64,000 bases of DNA from an uncultured Acidimicrobiales bacterium (GCA_963773315.1 CAVZAF010000002.1:902350-966349); one strand, 5' to 3'; positions 36,628 through 46,955 are shown, counted from the first letter of the stretch. Notes: generated from the sequence alone by a model not told the origin. Made by a program: numbers and translations.

Positions 36628-38235
36628 ATGATCCGGGACGACCTCGCCGCCGCGGTGCGCGCCTCGCTCGCCGCGCTCGGGGTCGAGGCCCCCGGTGAGA
36701 TCGTGCTCGAGCGCCCGAGGGTCCCCGAGCACGGCGACTGGTCGACGAACGTCGCGCTGGCTTCCGCAAAGGCCGCGAGTCGCAACCCCCGTGAGCTGGC
36801 GACGCAGCTGGCCGACTCTTTGAACCGCGCGCACATCCCTCACGTCGAGAGCGTCGAGGTCGCCGGGCCGGGCTTCGTGAACTTCCGCCTTCACGACACG
36901 TGGCTGCACGAGGTGCTCCGCGAGGTGGTCGAGAGCGGCGTCGACGGCTACGCGAAGCCCGACATCGGGCAGGGCGAGCGGGTGATGATCGAGTTCGTCT
37001 CGGCCAACCCCACCGGACCGCTGCACGTCGGCAACGGCTGGTTCGCTTCCTACGGCGACGCGCTCGCGCGGCTTTTCGAGCGCACGGGTCACGAGGTCAC
37101 CCGCGAGTACTACGTGAACGACACCGGCGGCCAAGTGCGGCGCTTCGGTGCGAGCATCCTGGCTCGCAAGCACGGCCAGCCCGTTCCCGAGGACGGCTAT
37201 CCCGGACAGTTCGTCGCCGATCTCGGCGAGCGGTACGACGGGCCCGACGACGTCGCTGAGGCAGGGCGGTGGGGCGGCGAGCGCGTGCTCGAAGACATCC
37301 GCACGACACTCGAGTCGATCAACATCCGCTACGACGAGTGGTACAGCCAAGCCTCGATCGAGGAGAGCGGCGCGGTCGCAGAGACGATCGAGGTGCTGCG
37401 GGGCAAGGGGCTGATCTTCGACCGCGAGGGTGCGACCTGGCTGCGTACCGAAGACTTCGGCGACCCGCGCAAGGAGCGCGTGCTGATCAAGTCGAACGGC
37501 GACGTCACCTATCTCGGTGGCGACATCGCGTATCACCGCAACAAGTTCGAGATCCGTCGCTACGACCGTGTGATCGACGTGTGGGGTGCGGACCACCAGG
37601 CGCAGGTGCCGAGCCTGCTCGCCGCGGTCGAGGCGCTCGGCGTCCCCCGCGGGCAGCTCGAGGTGAAGATCGGGCAGATGGTGTCGTTGGCGTCGGGTCG
37701 CATGTCGAAGCGACTCGGCAACACGGTCGACCTCAGCGAGCTCATCGCCGACATCGGGCCCGACGCGACCCGGCTGCTCACGCTGCTGTCGTCCGTCGAC
37801 TCGCCGACGACGGTCGACCTCGACGCGATCCGCAACGACTCGCGGGAGAGCCCCGTGTACTACGTGCAGTACGCGCACGCCCGCATCGCGTCGATCAACC
37901 GGGTCGCGGCCGAACGCGGGGTGGCTCGGCTCCCGCTCGCGAGCGCCGACGTGGCCCTTCTCGCACACGAGCGCGAGCTCGACGTGCTCCGTTCGCTCTT
38001 CGAGCTGCCCGACGTGATGGTCGCCGCGCTCGACGAGCGGGCGCCGCACAAGGTGACCACCTGGGTCCGCGAGCTCGCGGACCGGTTTCACGGCTTCTAC
38101 CACGACTGCTATGTGATGGGAGAAGGCGTGAGCGCCGATCTCACCCAGGCGCGGCTGTGGCTCGTCGAGGCCGTGCGCATCGGGCTCGCCATCGGTCTCG
38201 ACGTGCTCGGCGTGCACGCACCCGACGTGATGTGA
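36628..38235 (+). CDS. argS: Arginine--tRNA ligase
   Basis: 535-aa ORF with the HIGH-like motif ANPTGPLHVGNG and the KMSKS-like region GRMSKRLGN, followed by a class I anticodon-binding C-terminus. Confidence 0.95.
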   Translation: MIRDDLAAAVRASLAALGVEAPGEIVLERPRVPEHGDWSTNVALASAKAASRNPRELATQLADSLNRAHIPHVESVEVAGPGFVNFRLHDTWLHEVLREVVESGVDGYAKPDIGQGERVMIEFVSANPTGPLHVGNGWFASYGDALARLFERTGHEVTREYYVNDTGGQVRRFGASILARKHGQPVPEDGYPGQFVADLGERYDGPDDVAEAGRWGGERVLEDIRTTLESINIRYDEWYSQASIEESGAVAETIEVLRGKGLIFDREGATWLRTEDFGDPRKERVLIKSNGDVTYLGGDIAYHRNKFEIRRYDRVIDVWGADHQAQVPSLLAAVEALGVPRGQLEVKIGQMVSLASGRMSKRLGNTVDLSELIADIGPDATRLLTLLSSVDSPTTVDLDAIRNDSRESPVYYVQYAHARIASINRVAAERGVARLPLASADVALLAHERELDVLRSLFELPDVMVAALDERAPHKVTTWVRELADRFHGFYHDCYVMGEGVSADLTQARLWLVEAVRIGLAIGLDVLGVHAPDVM

Positions 38236-38242
38236 GCGGCCA

Positions 38243-39515
38243 GTGAGCGCGATCCCGCGCCACCTCCTGCCCGACACCGCGACGGTCGACGCCCAGGGGA
38301 GGCTCTCCATCGGCGGCGTCGATCTCGTCGACCTCGCGTCCGAGCACGGCACCCCGCTCTTCGTCTACGACGAGGACCACATGCGGGCGCGGTGCCGCGA
38401 GGCCGTCACCGCGTTCGGCGCCGACCTCGCGATCTACGCCTCGAAGGCGTTCTTGTGCCGAGCGATGGTGCGGTTGGTCGACGAGGAGGGGTTGCGCCTC
38501 GACGTCGCGACCGGCGGCGAGCTGCACGTCGCGCTCGCCGCGGGCTTCCCGCCCGAGCGGCTCGTCTTCCACGGCAACAACAAGAGCCTCGTCGAGCTGC
38601 GGGCGGCTCGGGCCGCGGGTGTGGGTCGCACCGTTGTCGACTCGTTCGACGAGCTCGATCGGCTCGACGCGCTCCATGCCGAGGACGGTCTCACTCCGGC
38701 GGTGCTCCTCCGTGTCACTCCCGGCATCGAGGCCCACACCCACGAGTACGTGAAGACCGGGCAGGACGACTCGAAGTTCGGGTTCGGCCTCTCGGCGGGC
38801 GACGCGCAGCGCGCCGTCGACCGGGCAACCGGATCACCGTCCGTCGAGCTCGTCGGGCTGCACGCGCACATCGGCAGCCAGGTGTTTGCCGTCGAGTCGT
38901 TTCGTGCCGCGATCGAGGTGCTCGCGCCGTTCGTGCGCACGAGCGGGCTTCCCGAGCTCATCGTCGGGGGCGGTCTCGGCGTCGCGTACGTCGAGGGCGA
39001 GGAGGCGGCGACGTTGTCGCAGTGGGCGCACGTGCTCCACGCGGCTGCGGAGCAGCACGGCGTGCCCGTGCCGCTCGCCGTCGAGCCGGGCCGGTCGATC
39101 GTCGCCTCTGCCGCCGTCACGCTCTACACGGTGGGCACGATCAAGGGACTTCCGGGTCTGCGCACCTACCTCGCGGTCGACGGGGGGATGAGCGACAACC
39201 CTCGCCCCGTGCTCTACGGCAGCGGCTACGAGGCGTTCCTGCCCCGCGAGACGAACGCTGGGCGGCCGAAGTCGGTGCGCATCGTCGGCAAGCACTGCGA
39301 GTCGGGCGATGTGCTCGTGCACAGCGCAAGAGTCCCCGACGACATCGCCGTCGGGGACATCTTGTGCACCCCGGTCACGGGTGCGTATGGGCACTCGATG
39401 GGGTCGAACTACAACAAGGTCCCCCGTCCCGCGGTGGTCTTCGTGCAAGGACGGCGACGCGAAGGTCGTCATACGCCGTGAGACGTATGACGACCTGCTG
39501 CGTTATGACGTTTGA
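38243..39515 (+). CDS. lysA: Diaminopimelate decarboxylase (one apparent frameshift near 39445)
   Basis: 412-aa ORF with ...FVYDEDHMRARC...YASKAF...HIGSQ...CESGD...TGAYG.... The native-looking C-terminus ...VFVKDGDAKVVIRRETYDDLLRYDV* is in the frame of ORF 39309-39515. Confidence 0.9.
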
Positions 39516-39635
39516 CGCTGCGTTATGACGCCTGATCGAGCATCACGACGTTGCCGCTCGGTGCGCGAAGTACCGATTGTCGAGCGTCAGCGAGCAGGAG
39601 CCGCCGAAGCGCAGCGGCGGCGGCGACGAGGAGTA

Positions 39636-40028
39636 TCAGTCGACGCGCGCCTTGGCCGTGCCGGTGACGACGGGCTCGCCGGCCTGGTTCACGGTCTCGA
39701 CGGTGAGCTCGGCGACGCCATCGTTCACGGACGTGACGGTCGCGGTCGTGGTCAGGGCGTCACCGGGAAACACCTGCTTCACGAACCGCACCCCGTACGA
39801 GAGCAGACCTTCGGCGCCGAACCAGTCGGTGAGGACGCGGCCCGTCATGCCCATGGTGAGCATGCCGTGCGCGAACACTCCGGGATAGCCGGCGATCTCC
39901 TTCGTGAACTTGTCGTCGGTGTGCAGCGGGTTGTAGTCGCCCGATGCCCCGGCGTACTGCACGATCTGCGTGCGGGTGAGGTCGTCGGTGAGCACGAGGC
40001 TGCGGGTGTCGCCTACTGCCACGCCCAC
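39636..40028 (-). CDS. MaoC-like (R)-specific hotdog dehydratase subunit (HadB-like)
   Basis: 130-aa ORF containing YAGASGDYNPLHTDDKFTKEIAGYPGVFAHGMLTMG, the hydratase 2 motif context. Confidence 0.8.
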   Translation of the reverse strand: MGVAVGDTRSLVLTDDLTRTQIVQYAGASGDYNPLHTDDKFTKEIAGYPGVFAHGMLTMGMTGRVLTDWFGAEGLLSYGVRFVKQVFPGDALTTTATVTSVNDGVAELTVETVNQAGEPVVTGTAKARVD

Positions 40029-40049
40029 CTTTCAGGCACAGTTGCCATG

Positions 40050-40547
40050 TCACGCCTCCTGCTGCACGACGGTCTCGGTGCGCACGCCGACGCCGCGCGC
40101 AGTGACGACGAGCTCGCCCTTCTGATCGCGGTACTCGGTCACCGACTCGGAGAAGATGAGCTTGCCGCCCCGGCGGCCTTGCTTCTCCCAGGTGTTGCCC
40201 GGCTGCGTCGTGCCCGTCAGCACGTCGCCGGCGCGCAGCGGGCGGTGGTACTCGAAGTGCTGCTCGGCGTGGAGACCGCCGCCACCACCACCCCCTCCGC
40301 CCCCGCCGCCGCCACTGTCGCGCTTGATGCCGGTGGCCTCGCGGCCCGAGCCGAACCACGGCTGGCCGATCTTCGGCCGCAGGAAGTAGTCGGGATCGAA
40401 CTGGGCGCTCGCCTGAGCGAACGTCGGCGGTGCGGGCACCGGCTCGTCGCCGGTCAGCGCGCCGTAGTAGGCGGGGTTCGGGTCGCCGATCGCACGCGCG
40501 AAGAGCGCGATGTGGCCGGCCTCGACAGGGAATCGATCGATGCTCAC
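40050..40547 (-). CDS. MaoC/FAS1-like dehydratase N-terminal-type hotdog protein (HadA-like) with a 13-Gly insertion
   Basis: 165-aa ORF: MSIDRFPVEAGHIALFARAIGDPNPAYY...LHAEQHFEYHRPLRAGDVL.... It is paired with the HadB-like gene downstream. A run of 13 Gly codons lies at 40275-40313. Confidence 0.75.
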   Translation of the reverse strand: MSIDRFPVEAGHIALFARAIGDPNPAYYGALTGDEPVPAPPTFAQASAQFDPDYFLRPKIGQPWFGSGREATGIKRDSGGGGGGGGGGGGGLHAEQHFEYHRPLRAGDVLTGTTQPGNTWEKQGRRGGKLIFSESVTEYRDQKGELVVTARGVGVRTETVVQQEA

Positions 40548-40585
40548 GGCGGGGGAGCATACGTCGGCCGCCTAGGCTGACGTCC

Positions 40586-41528
40586 ATGTCCGCACGCACT
40601 CGTGAGCTGCCGCGCCGCTCGTGTCTGTCCGTCCCCGGGTCGAGCGAGAAGATGCTCGGCAAGGCCCCCGGCCTCCCCGCCGACATGGTGTTCCTCGACC
40701 TCGAAGACTCGGTGTCGCCGCTCGAGAAGGAGGCCGCGCGGACCAAGGTCGTCCACGCGATCAAGACCCAGGACTGGGGCGACAAGGTGCTGTGCGTCCG
40801 CATCAACGCGTGGGACACCGAGTGGACGGTGTTCGACGTGATCGAGGTCGTCGGCCAGGCCGGCATCCGCCTCGAAGAGGTGATGCTCCCGAAGGTGCAG
40901 TCGGCAGCCGAGGTGATCGCGCTCGACCTGCTGCTGTCGCAGGTCGAGACCAAGGCCGGCCTCCCCGCGGGCCACATCGGCATCGAGGCACAGATCGAGA
41001 CGACCCGCGGCCTCATCAACGTCGAGGAGATCTGCGCCGCGTCGCCCCGTCTCGAGACCATCATCTTCGGCCCCGCCGACTTCGCCGCGTCCATGGAGAT
41101 GCCGGTGCTCACCGGGCGGCGTGCAGATCCCCGAGTACCCGGGTGACCACTTCCACTACGTGTTCTCGAAGATCTTGATGGCCGGGCGGGCCAACGGCCT
41201 CCAGGTGATCGACGGCCCGTTCCTGAAGATCCGCGAGCCCGAGGCGTTCCGTGACTACTGCCAGCGCACCAAGGTGCTCGGCTACGACGGCAAGTGGGCG
41301 TTGCACCCCGACCAGGTCGACATCCTCAACGAGCTCTTCTCGCCGACGCAGGAGCAGTTCGACCGGGCGTGGGACATCCTCGACGCCTACGAGAAGGCGA
41401 CCACCGAGGGCGAGCGCAAGGGTGCCGTGATGTTCGGCGACGAGATGATCGACGAGGCGTCGCGGAAGATGGCGACCAAGTTCGTCCGTCGAGGAGAGCG
41501 AGCAGGCTTCCGCCGGTCTGCGAGTTGA
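40586..41528 (+). CDS. HpcH/HpaI-CitE family acyl-CoA lyase (malyl/citramalyl-CoA lyase-like); one apparent frameshift near 41113-41120
   Basis: From ATG 40586: MSARTRELPRRSCLSVPGSSEKMLGKAPGLPADMVFLDLEDSV...IEAQIETTRGL...FGPADFAASMEMPVLTG. The sequence continues in ORF 41121-41528: QIPEYPGDHFHYVFSKILMAGRANGLQVIDGPF...GYDGKWALHPDQV. Confidence 0.85.
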
Positions 41529-42208
41529 GCGCCATCGAGGCCGTCCTGTTCGACGCAGGCGGCGTGCTCCTGCTCCCCGACCCGACGGTCATCGGCCCGT
41601 TGCTCGCCCCCTATGGGGCAGACACCTCGACCGAATCGCTCATCCGCGCGCACTACGCGGCGATGCGGTCGCAAGACGTCGACGGTCAGGTCCACGACGA
41701 CTGGCACGTCTACGACGCGGCCTACGTGCGAGCGTGTGGCGTCCCGGAGCACGAGCGGGCCGAAGCCGCGGTGATCCTGGGTGCGACCCGCACCGCGCAC
41801 CTCTGGCGGTGGCCGATCGTCGAGTCGGTCGTCGCGCTGCGCTCGCTGCATGAGTCGGGAGTGCCGATCGGAGTGGTCAGCAACGCGGCCGGGCAGATCG
41901 AATCAGTGCTGGGGCGGTTCGGTGTCTGCCAGGTCGGCGAGGGCGAGGGCGTCCCGGTGGTGATCATCGTCGACTCGACCATCGTCGGCGTCTCGAAGCC
42001 CGATCCCGCGATCTTCTCGTTCGCACTCGACGTGCTCGACGTGAAGCCCGAGAGCATCGCGTACGTCGGCGACTCCTACGCGAACGACGTCGTCGGGGCG
42101 CGGGCTGCCGGCATGCGACCCTTCCTGCTCGACCCGTACGACGATCACGCCGGCGCGGACTACGACCGCATCAAGGCGGTGGCCGAGCTTCTCGACCTCG
42201 TCGGCTAG
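41525..42208 (+). CDS. HAD-superfamily hydrolase
   Basis: TTG 41525 overlaps the upstream TGA (TTGA). HAD motif I is AVLFDAGGVLL, motif II is VVSNA, and motif IV is YVGDSYANDVVGARAAG. Confidence 0.8.
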   Translation: MSAIEAVLFDAGGVLLLPDPTVIGPLLAPYGADTSTESLIRAHYAAMRSQDVDGQVHDDWHVYDAAYVRACGVPEHERAEAAVILGATRTAHLWRWPIVESVVALRSLHESGVPIGVVSNAAGQIESVLGRFGVCQVGEGEGVPVVIIVDSTIVGVSKPDPAIFSFALDVLDVKPESIAYVGDSYANDVVGARAAGMRPFLLDPYDDHAGADYDRIKAVAELLDLVG

Positions 42209-43807
42209 CGCGCTTGCTCGAGCAGGCGCCGGGCGATCACCTTGAGCGCCAGGGTCTCGTCGGCCCCCTCGAAGATCGAGAGCACCCGCGCGTCGACGAA
42301 CAGCCGGCTCACCGTGTACTCCTCGGCGTAGCCGTAGCCGCCGTGGATCTGCATCGCCTCGCGGGTGACCCACTCCGCGGCGCGGCAGACATATGCCTTC
42401 ACCATCGAAGCTTCGAGGGCACCCTCGCCCTTCGCCATCATCCGAGCGACGGTGTACGCGAACTGTCGAGCCGCCTGGATGATCGACGCCATGCGAGCGA
42501 GCTTCACCTTCGTGAGCTGGTAGTCGCCGACCGGCCGCCCGAACACCGAGCGATCGAGCGCGTATTGCGCGGCCGCCTCGTAGGCGGCCTGCATGACTCC
42601 GACGGCCCGCGCTGCGGTCTGCAGCCGGCCGTTCTCGAAGCCCTCCATCTGGTAGTAGAAGCCGCGGCCGAGGCCCGCCTCGCCGCCGATGAGGCAGTCG
42701 TCCGGCACCCACCAGCCGTCGAACGCGACCTCGTAGGAGTGCATGCCGCGGTAGCCGAGCGTGTCGATGGCCCGGCCTTCCATCTTCCCGCCCGTGCCCT
42801 CTTGCGTGAACTCGAAGCCATGGCCGTCGGCACGCGGCTTCGGCACGACGAACAGCGAGAGGCCGCGGTGGGTCTTGGTGCGGTCGGGATCGGTGCGGGC
42901 GAGGAGCATCAGCACGTCGGCGCGGGCCACCGAACGTGCACCACGTCTTGACGCCGTTGATCTTCCACCCGACCGCGCCGTCGGCCCCCCTGGGCCTTCG
43001 TTGCGGTTGCCTTGATCGCCGGCGACGTCTGACCCGAAGTCGGGCTCGGTGACCGCGACCGCGACCATCACCGATCCGTCCGCGAGCTGCGGCAGCCAGT
43101 GCCGCTTCTGCTCCTCGGTGCCCCCGCGTACGAGCGCGCGGGTGAGGATCTCGGGCCGGGTGATGAGGGAACCGCCGATGCCGAGCGAGCCCGCGGCTCA
43201 GCTCCTCGGTGGCGACGACCATTCCCATGTAGTCGCTCTCACCGCCCGCGGCGAAGCCGCCGTACTCCTCGGGCACCGAGAGTCCGAAGCCGCCCATCTC
43301 CGCGAGCCCCGCGATGATGTCCTCGGGCACATCGCGGTTCTCCCGGTGGACGTGCTCGGCGACGGGCTTGATGCGCTCCTCGGCGAAGCGCCGGAACGTG
43401 TCGGTGACGAGCTCGAAGTCCGCGTCGAGGTGGCGCGGCCCCTCTGCGCCCGCGAGGCCGGCGAGGAGCTGGGGGTCGCGGTAGGTCGGTGAGGAACGGT
43501 CGCGCGCCGTCGAGCGCCCCGGGCTCGATGCCCCACTGCGTCTTCGCGTCCCAACGTGCGCGAGGCCAGGTCGTGGGCCACATCGGCCACGAACGCACAC
43601 GTGATCTGGCCCTCGACGTCGCCCTTCGCTCCGTAGTCGAGCAGGGCGCGGGCGGTCTCCACGCCGGCCGCTGCGTGCGCGAGGTCGTAGAGCGCGACCT
43701 GTTGCGTCTCGTCGTTCGTCGTCGCGAGGTGTCGAGCGGCCCGCTCGACGAGGTCCGTGCGCGAGATCGACGACGGACGCGGCAGCAGAGAGATCGGCGG
43801 CGGTCAC
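42205..43807 (-). CDS. Acyl-CoA dehydrogenase with an N-terminal extension (at least five apparent frameshifts)
   Basis: The C-terminal 288-aa ORF is a clear ACAD: ...GYRGMHSYEVAFDGWWVP...QIHGGYGYAEEYTVSRLFVDARVLSIFEGADETL. Upstream pieces in other frames are VTAADLS..., ETARALLDYGAKGDVEGQITCAFVADVAHDLA, FELVTDTFRRFAEERIKPVAEHVHR..., GSVMVAVAVTEPDFGSDVAG and WKINGVKTWCTFG. Confidence 0.8.
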
Positions 43808-43817
43808 GCCGGCGAGG

Positions 43818-45629
43818 CTAGTGACGAGCGTTCGACTCGGTCAGATCGATGACCAGGTTGGGGCCGGCTGCCCACGCGGGAAGGTCCTCCGGCGCGAGCG
43901 CGGCCGAGAGCAGGAACCCCTGCACCCGGTCGCACCCCATGTCGATCAGGGCGCCGAGCGTCGCGGAGTCCTCGACTCCCTCGGCGACGACCTCGAGGCC
44001 GAGGTTGTGCCCGAGCTCGATGATCGACCGCACGATCGCTCGGTCGCTCTCGTTTCGCGTCATGTCGAGCACGAACGACTGGTCGATCTTGATCTCGTTG
44101 ATGGGCAGTCGGCGCAGATGCGACATCGACGAGTAGCCGGTGCCGAAGTCGTCGACGCTCGTGCGCACGCCCAGCGCGGTCATGCGCTCCATCGCCTCGA
44201 GCGCGGCGACCGGGTCGGACATGAGCTGGCTCTCGGTGATCTCGAGCACGAGGCGATCTGCCGGCACGTTGGCTTGCGCGAGCGCGGTCGCGATCGTCTG
44301 GATGAGCTCATCGTCCGCGAAGTTGCGGGCTGAGATGTTCACCGACACGGTGATGTCGAGGCCGGCCGAGCGCCACCGCCCGCACTGGGTGACCGCGGTG
44401 GTGACGACCCAGCGCGTCAACGGGTGGATCAACCCCGACACCTCGGCGAGCTCGATGAACTCGTCCGGGCCGACCACCTCCATGGACGGATGGTGCCAAC
44501 GCACCAGCGCCTCGACGCCGAGGCGGGAGTTGCGTCCGATCGGCACGTTGGGCTGGTACTGCAGGACGAGCTCTTCGCGGTCGAGTGCGCCGCGCAGCTC
44601 GGCGATGAGCGTGAGCCGGCGCAGGCTGAACCGGTCGTGCTCGGGCCGGTACGTCGCGCGGGCACGCCCGCGCGGTCGGCCTCGATGAGCGCCATGATCG
44701 CCCGCTTCAGCAGCGTGTCGGCGTCGTCGCCGTGGTCGGGGTAGATGGCGATGCCCGCGGTGCAACGCGTGTCGACGGGAACGCCGTCGAGCGAGATCGG
44801 CCGGTCGAGCGAGTCGGTGAGCCGTTCGGCCGCTTCGAGCACGCTCGCCTCGTCGCCGACGTCGGGGAGCACGACCGCGAACTCGTCGCTGCCGACGCGC
44901 GCCACCGTGGTCGAGTCGGGCACGACGATCGAGAGCCGCCGCGCGACCTGCTCGAGCAGGAGGTCGCCGTGATGGTGCCCGAGCGTCGCGTTGACCTCCT
45001 TGAACCGATCGATGTCGAGGACGACGACCGCGACGCGCGGCGACACGTCGATTGCCGCCTGCAGACGGTCGACCAGCAGCACGCGGTTCGGGAGCCCCGT
45101 GAGGCCGTCGTGCAGCGCTTGGTGGCGAGCGCGCTTCTCGGCGAGGGTGCGGTCGGTGATGTCCTCGATCGTGAGCCCGACGCCTTGGTCGGGCAGCGGG
45201 AACGCGTGGACCGCGTAGGCGGTGTCGCGGGTGACGACGTTGTCGAGCGTCACCTGCACGCCCGACCGCACGACCTCGGCGAGCGTTCCCGACAGGTCGA
45301 GGTGGCTGAGGGCGGGGAACGCCTCCTCGGGACGACGACCGATCGCGTCGCTGTCGCGGACGCCGGTGACCTGTGACGCGGCGGGGTTCGCGGCGACGAG
45401 CCGCAGGCTCTTCGCGTCCCGGGGGTCGTCGAGCCGGGCGACGTAGACCCCGATCTGCATGTGGTCGAGGACGTTCGCCGCTTGGCGCAGCGACGGTGCG
45501 CTCACTCAGGTTCTCGTGGAGCACGGCCGCGATCTTGCGACGCTGGCTCTTCTCGCGGCGCCACCCGATGACTCCGACCACTCCGAAGGCAAGCGCGACC
45601 GCGGTGATGACGAGGACGAGCGCGCCCAT
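43818..45629 (-). CDS. Membrane-anchored PAS-GGDEF-EAL signalling protein (two apparent frameshifts, near 45500 and 44650)
   Basis: The N-terminal TM helix is MGALVLVITAVALAFGVVGVIGW. A PAS-like region follows. The GGDEF domain has HDGLTGLPNR and RVGSDEFAVVL. The EAL domain has QYQP...GVEALVRW...LEITES...DDFGTGYSS...KIDQSF. Confidence 0.85.
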   Translation of the reverse strand: MGALVLVITAVALAFGVVGVIGWRREKSQRRKIAAVLHENLSERTVAAPSGERPRPHADRGLRRPARRPPGREEPAARRREPRRVTGHRRPRQRRDRSSSRGGVPRPQPPRPVGNARRGRAVGRAGDARQRRHPRHRLRGPRVPAARPRRRAHDRGHHRPHPRREARSPPSAARRPHGAPEPRAAGRPSAGGNRRVAARRGRRPRHRSVQGGQRDARAPSRRPPARAGRAAALDRRARLDHGGARRQRRVRGRAPRRRRRGERARSGRTAHRLARPADLARRRSRRHALHRGHRHLPRPRRRRRHAAEAGDHGAHRGRPRGRARATYRPEHDRFSLRRLTLIAELRGALDREELVLQYQPNVPIGRNSRLGVEALVRWHHPSMEVVGPDEFIELAEVSGLIHPLTRWVVTTAVTQCGRWRSAGLDITVSVNISARNFADDELIQTIATALAQANVPADRLVLEITESQLMSDPVAALEAMERMTALGVRTSVDDFGTGYSSMSHLRRLPINEIKIDQSFVLDMTRNESDRAIVRSIIELGHNLGLEVVAEGVEDSATLGALIDMGCDRVQGFLLSAALAPEDLPAWAAGPNLVIDLTESNARH

Positions 45630-45712
45630 CTGCTGAGCATTGTCGGCACGCGGCGCAGGATCGGGGATGCTGGGCTCATCGGCGAAATCGGCTGGTGGCT
45701 AGCCTCGCCGGC

Positions 45713-46228
45713 ATGACGACGTACGAGCGGCCGTTCGGTCGCTACCTCGAGGACTTCACCGTCGGCGACATCTACCGGCACTGGCCGGGCAAGACGATCA
45801 CCGAGTACGACGATCACCTGTTCTGCATGATCACGATGAACCACCATCCGCTGCACACGAACGAGTGGTTCGCCGAGCACGAGACGGTGCACGGCAAGAA
45901 CGTCGTCGTCGGCAACCTCGTCTACTCGCTGGTGCTCGGCATGAGCGTGCCCGACGTGAGCGGTGCGGCGATCGCCAACCTCGAGGTCGAGTCGCTCACC
46001 CACAAGAAGCCGACGTTCCACGGCGACACCATCTACGCGGAGACGCGGGTGCTCGACGTGACCGAGTCGTCGTCGAAGCCCGACCGCGGCATCGTGACCG
46101 TCGAGACGAAGGGCATCAACCAGCGCGGCGAAGAGGTCTGCTACTTCCGCCGCAAGGTGATGGTGTGGAAGCGCGACGCTGCGCCGGTGCGGCGTAGGCC
46201 GTACGACGAGACGGAGATCTGGACGTGA
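45713..46228 (+). CDS. MaoC-family enoyl-CoA hydratase (itaconyl/mesaconyl-CoA hydratase-like hotdog)
   Basis: MTTYERPFGRYLEDFTVGDIYRHWPGKTITEYDDHLFCMITMNHHPLHTN...GNLVYSL.... An alternative start at 45695 is possible. Confidence 0.8.
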   Translation: MTTYERPFGRYLEDFTVGDIYRHWPGKTITEYDDHLFCMITMNHHPLHTNEWFAEHETVHGKNVVVGNLVYSLVLGMSVPDVSGAAIANLEVESLTHKKPTFHGDTIYAETRVLDVTESSSKPDRGIVTVETKGINQRGEEVCYFRRKVMVWKRDAAPVRRRPYDETEIWT

Positions 46229-46241
46229 CGGAGGTCTGGAC

Positions 46242-46955
46242 GTGACCGTGAACCCGACCGCGGCTTCCGGGTTCGACTCGGGCGCCGAGGCGTACGAGCG
46301 TGGGAGGCCTTCCTACCCGGAAGCGGCGATCGCGTACGTCGCCCGCGTGCTCGGGCTCGGGCCCGGCAAGCGGGTGCTCGACCTGGCAGCAGGCACGGGC
46401 AAGATGACCCGCCTCCTCGTGCCGACCGGGGTCGAGCTCGTTGCGGTCGAGCCCGTCGCGGGCATGCGCACCGCGTTCGCGGCGGCGGTGCCGGGCGTCG
46501 AGATCCTCGACGGGACCGCGGAGGCGCTTCCGTTGCCCGATGGCTCGGTCGACGCGGTCGTCGTGGCGCAAGCGTTTCACTGGTTCGACCAGCAGCAAGC
46601 GCTCGCCGAGATCGACCGCGTGCTGAAGCCGGGTGGGGGAGTGGCCCTCGTCTGGAATCGCCGCGACGAATCGGTGCCCTGGGTCGCGGACATGTCGCGG
46701 ATCATCCACTGGAACCGCGGCCTCAACCCTCAGTACGACGGCTTCGCCCTCGACGGCTTCACGAAGTGGAGCTGCTCGTACGTGCAGTCGCTGTCGCACG
46801 ACGGGCTCCTCGATCGTGTGGCGTCGGTCAGCTACATCGCTGCGATGGGCGAGCGCGAGCGGGCCGGCGTGCTCGCACAGGTGAGCGAGCTCGTCCGGGG
46901 GTTCACCGAACCGATCCCGCTGCCCTACGTCACCGAAGTGTTCACCCGCACCTGA
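46242..46955 (+). CDS. Class I SAM-dependent methyltransferase
   Basis: 237-aa ORF with motif I (VLDLAAGTGKMT), post-I (AVEP) and ...VVVAQAFHWFD...LKPGGGVALVWN. Confidence 0.85.
   Translation: MTVNPTAASGFDSGAEAYERGRPSYPEAAIAYVARVLGLGPGKRVLDLAAGTGKMTRLLVPTGVELVAVEPVAGMRTAFAAAVPGVEILDGTAEALPLPDGSVDAVVVAQAFHWFDQQQALAEIDRVLKPGGGVALVWNRRDESVPWVADMSRIIHWNRGLNPQYDGFALDGFTKWSCSYVQSLSHDGLLDRVASVSYIAAMGERERAGVLAQVSELVRGFTEPIPLPYVTEVFTRT

Noticed and set aside
39598-39622. GC-rich hairpin (gccgccg aagcgca gcggcggc) downstream of lysA and the HadB-like gene as a terminator
   Set aside because: The stem is short, the pairing is imperfect (cggcggc lies within gcggcggcggc, allowing slippage), and there is no T-tract. 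Such elements arise by chance in GC-rich spacers, so it is not listed as a feature.
43818-45629. GGDEF domain with RVGSDEFAVVL (GSDEF instead of GG[D/E]EF) as a degenerate, purely regulatory domain
   Set aside because: A single Gly-to-Ser change in a gene that already shows two frame errors could itself be a base error. The EAL motifs look intact, so nothing unusual can be concluded.
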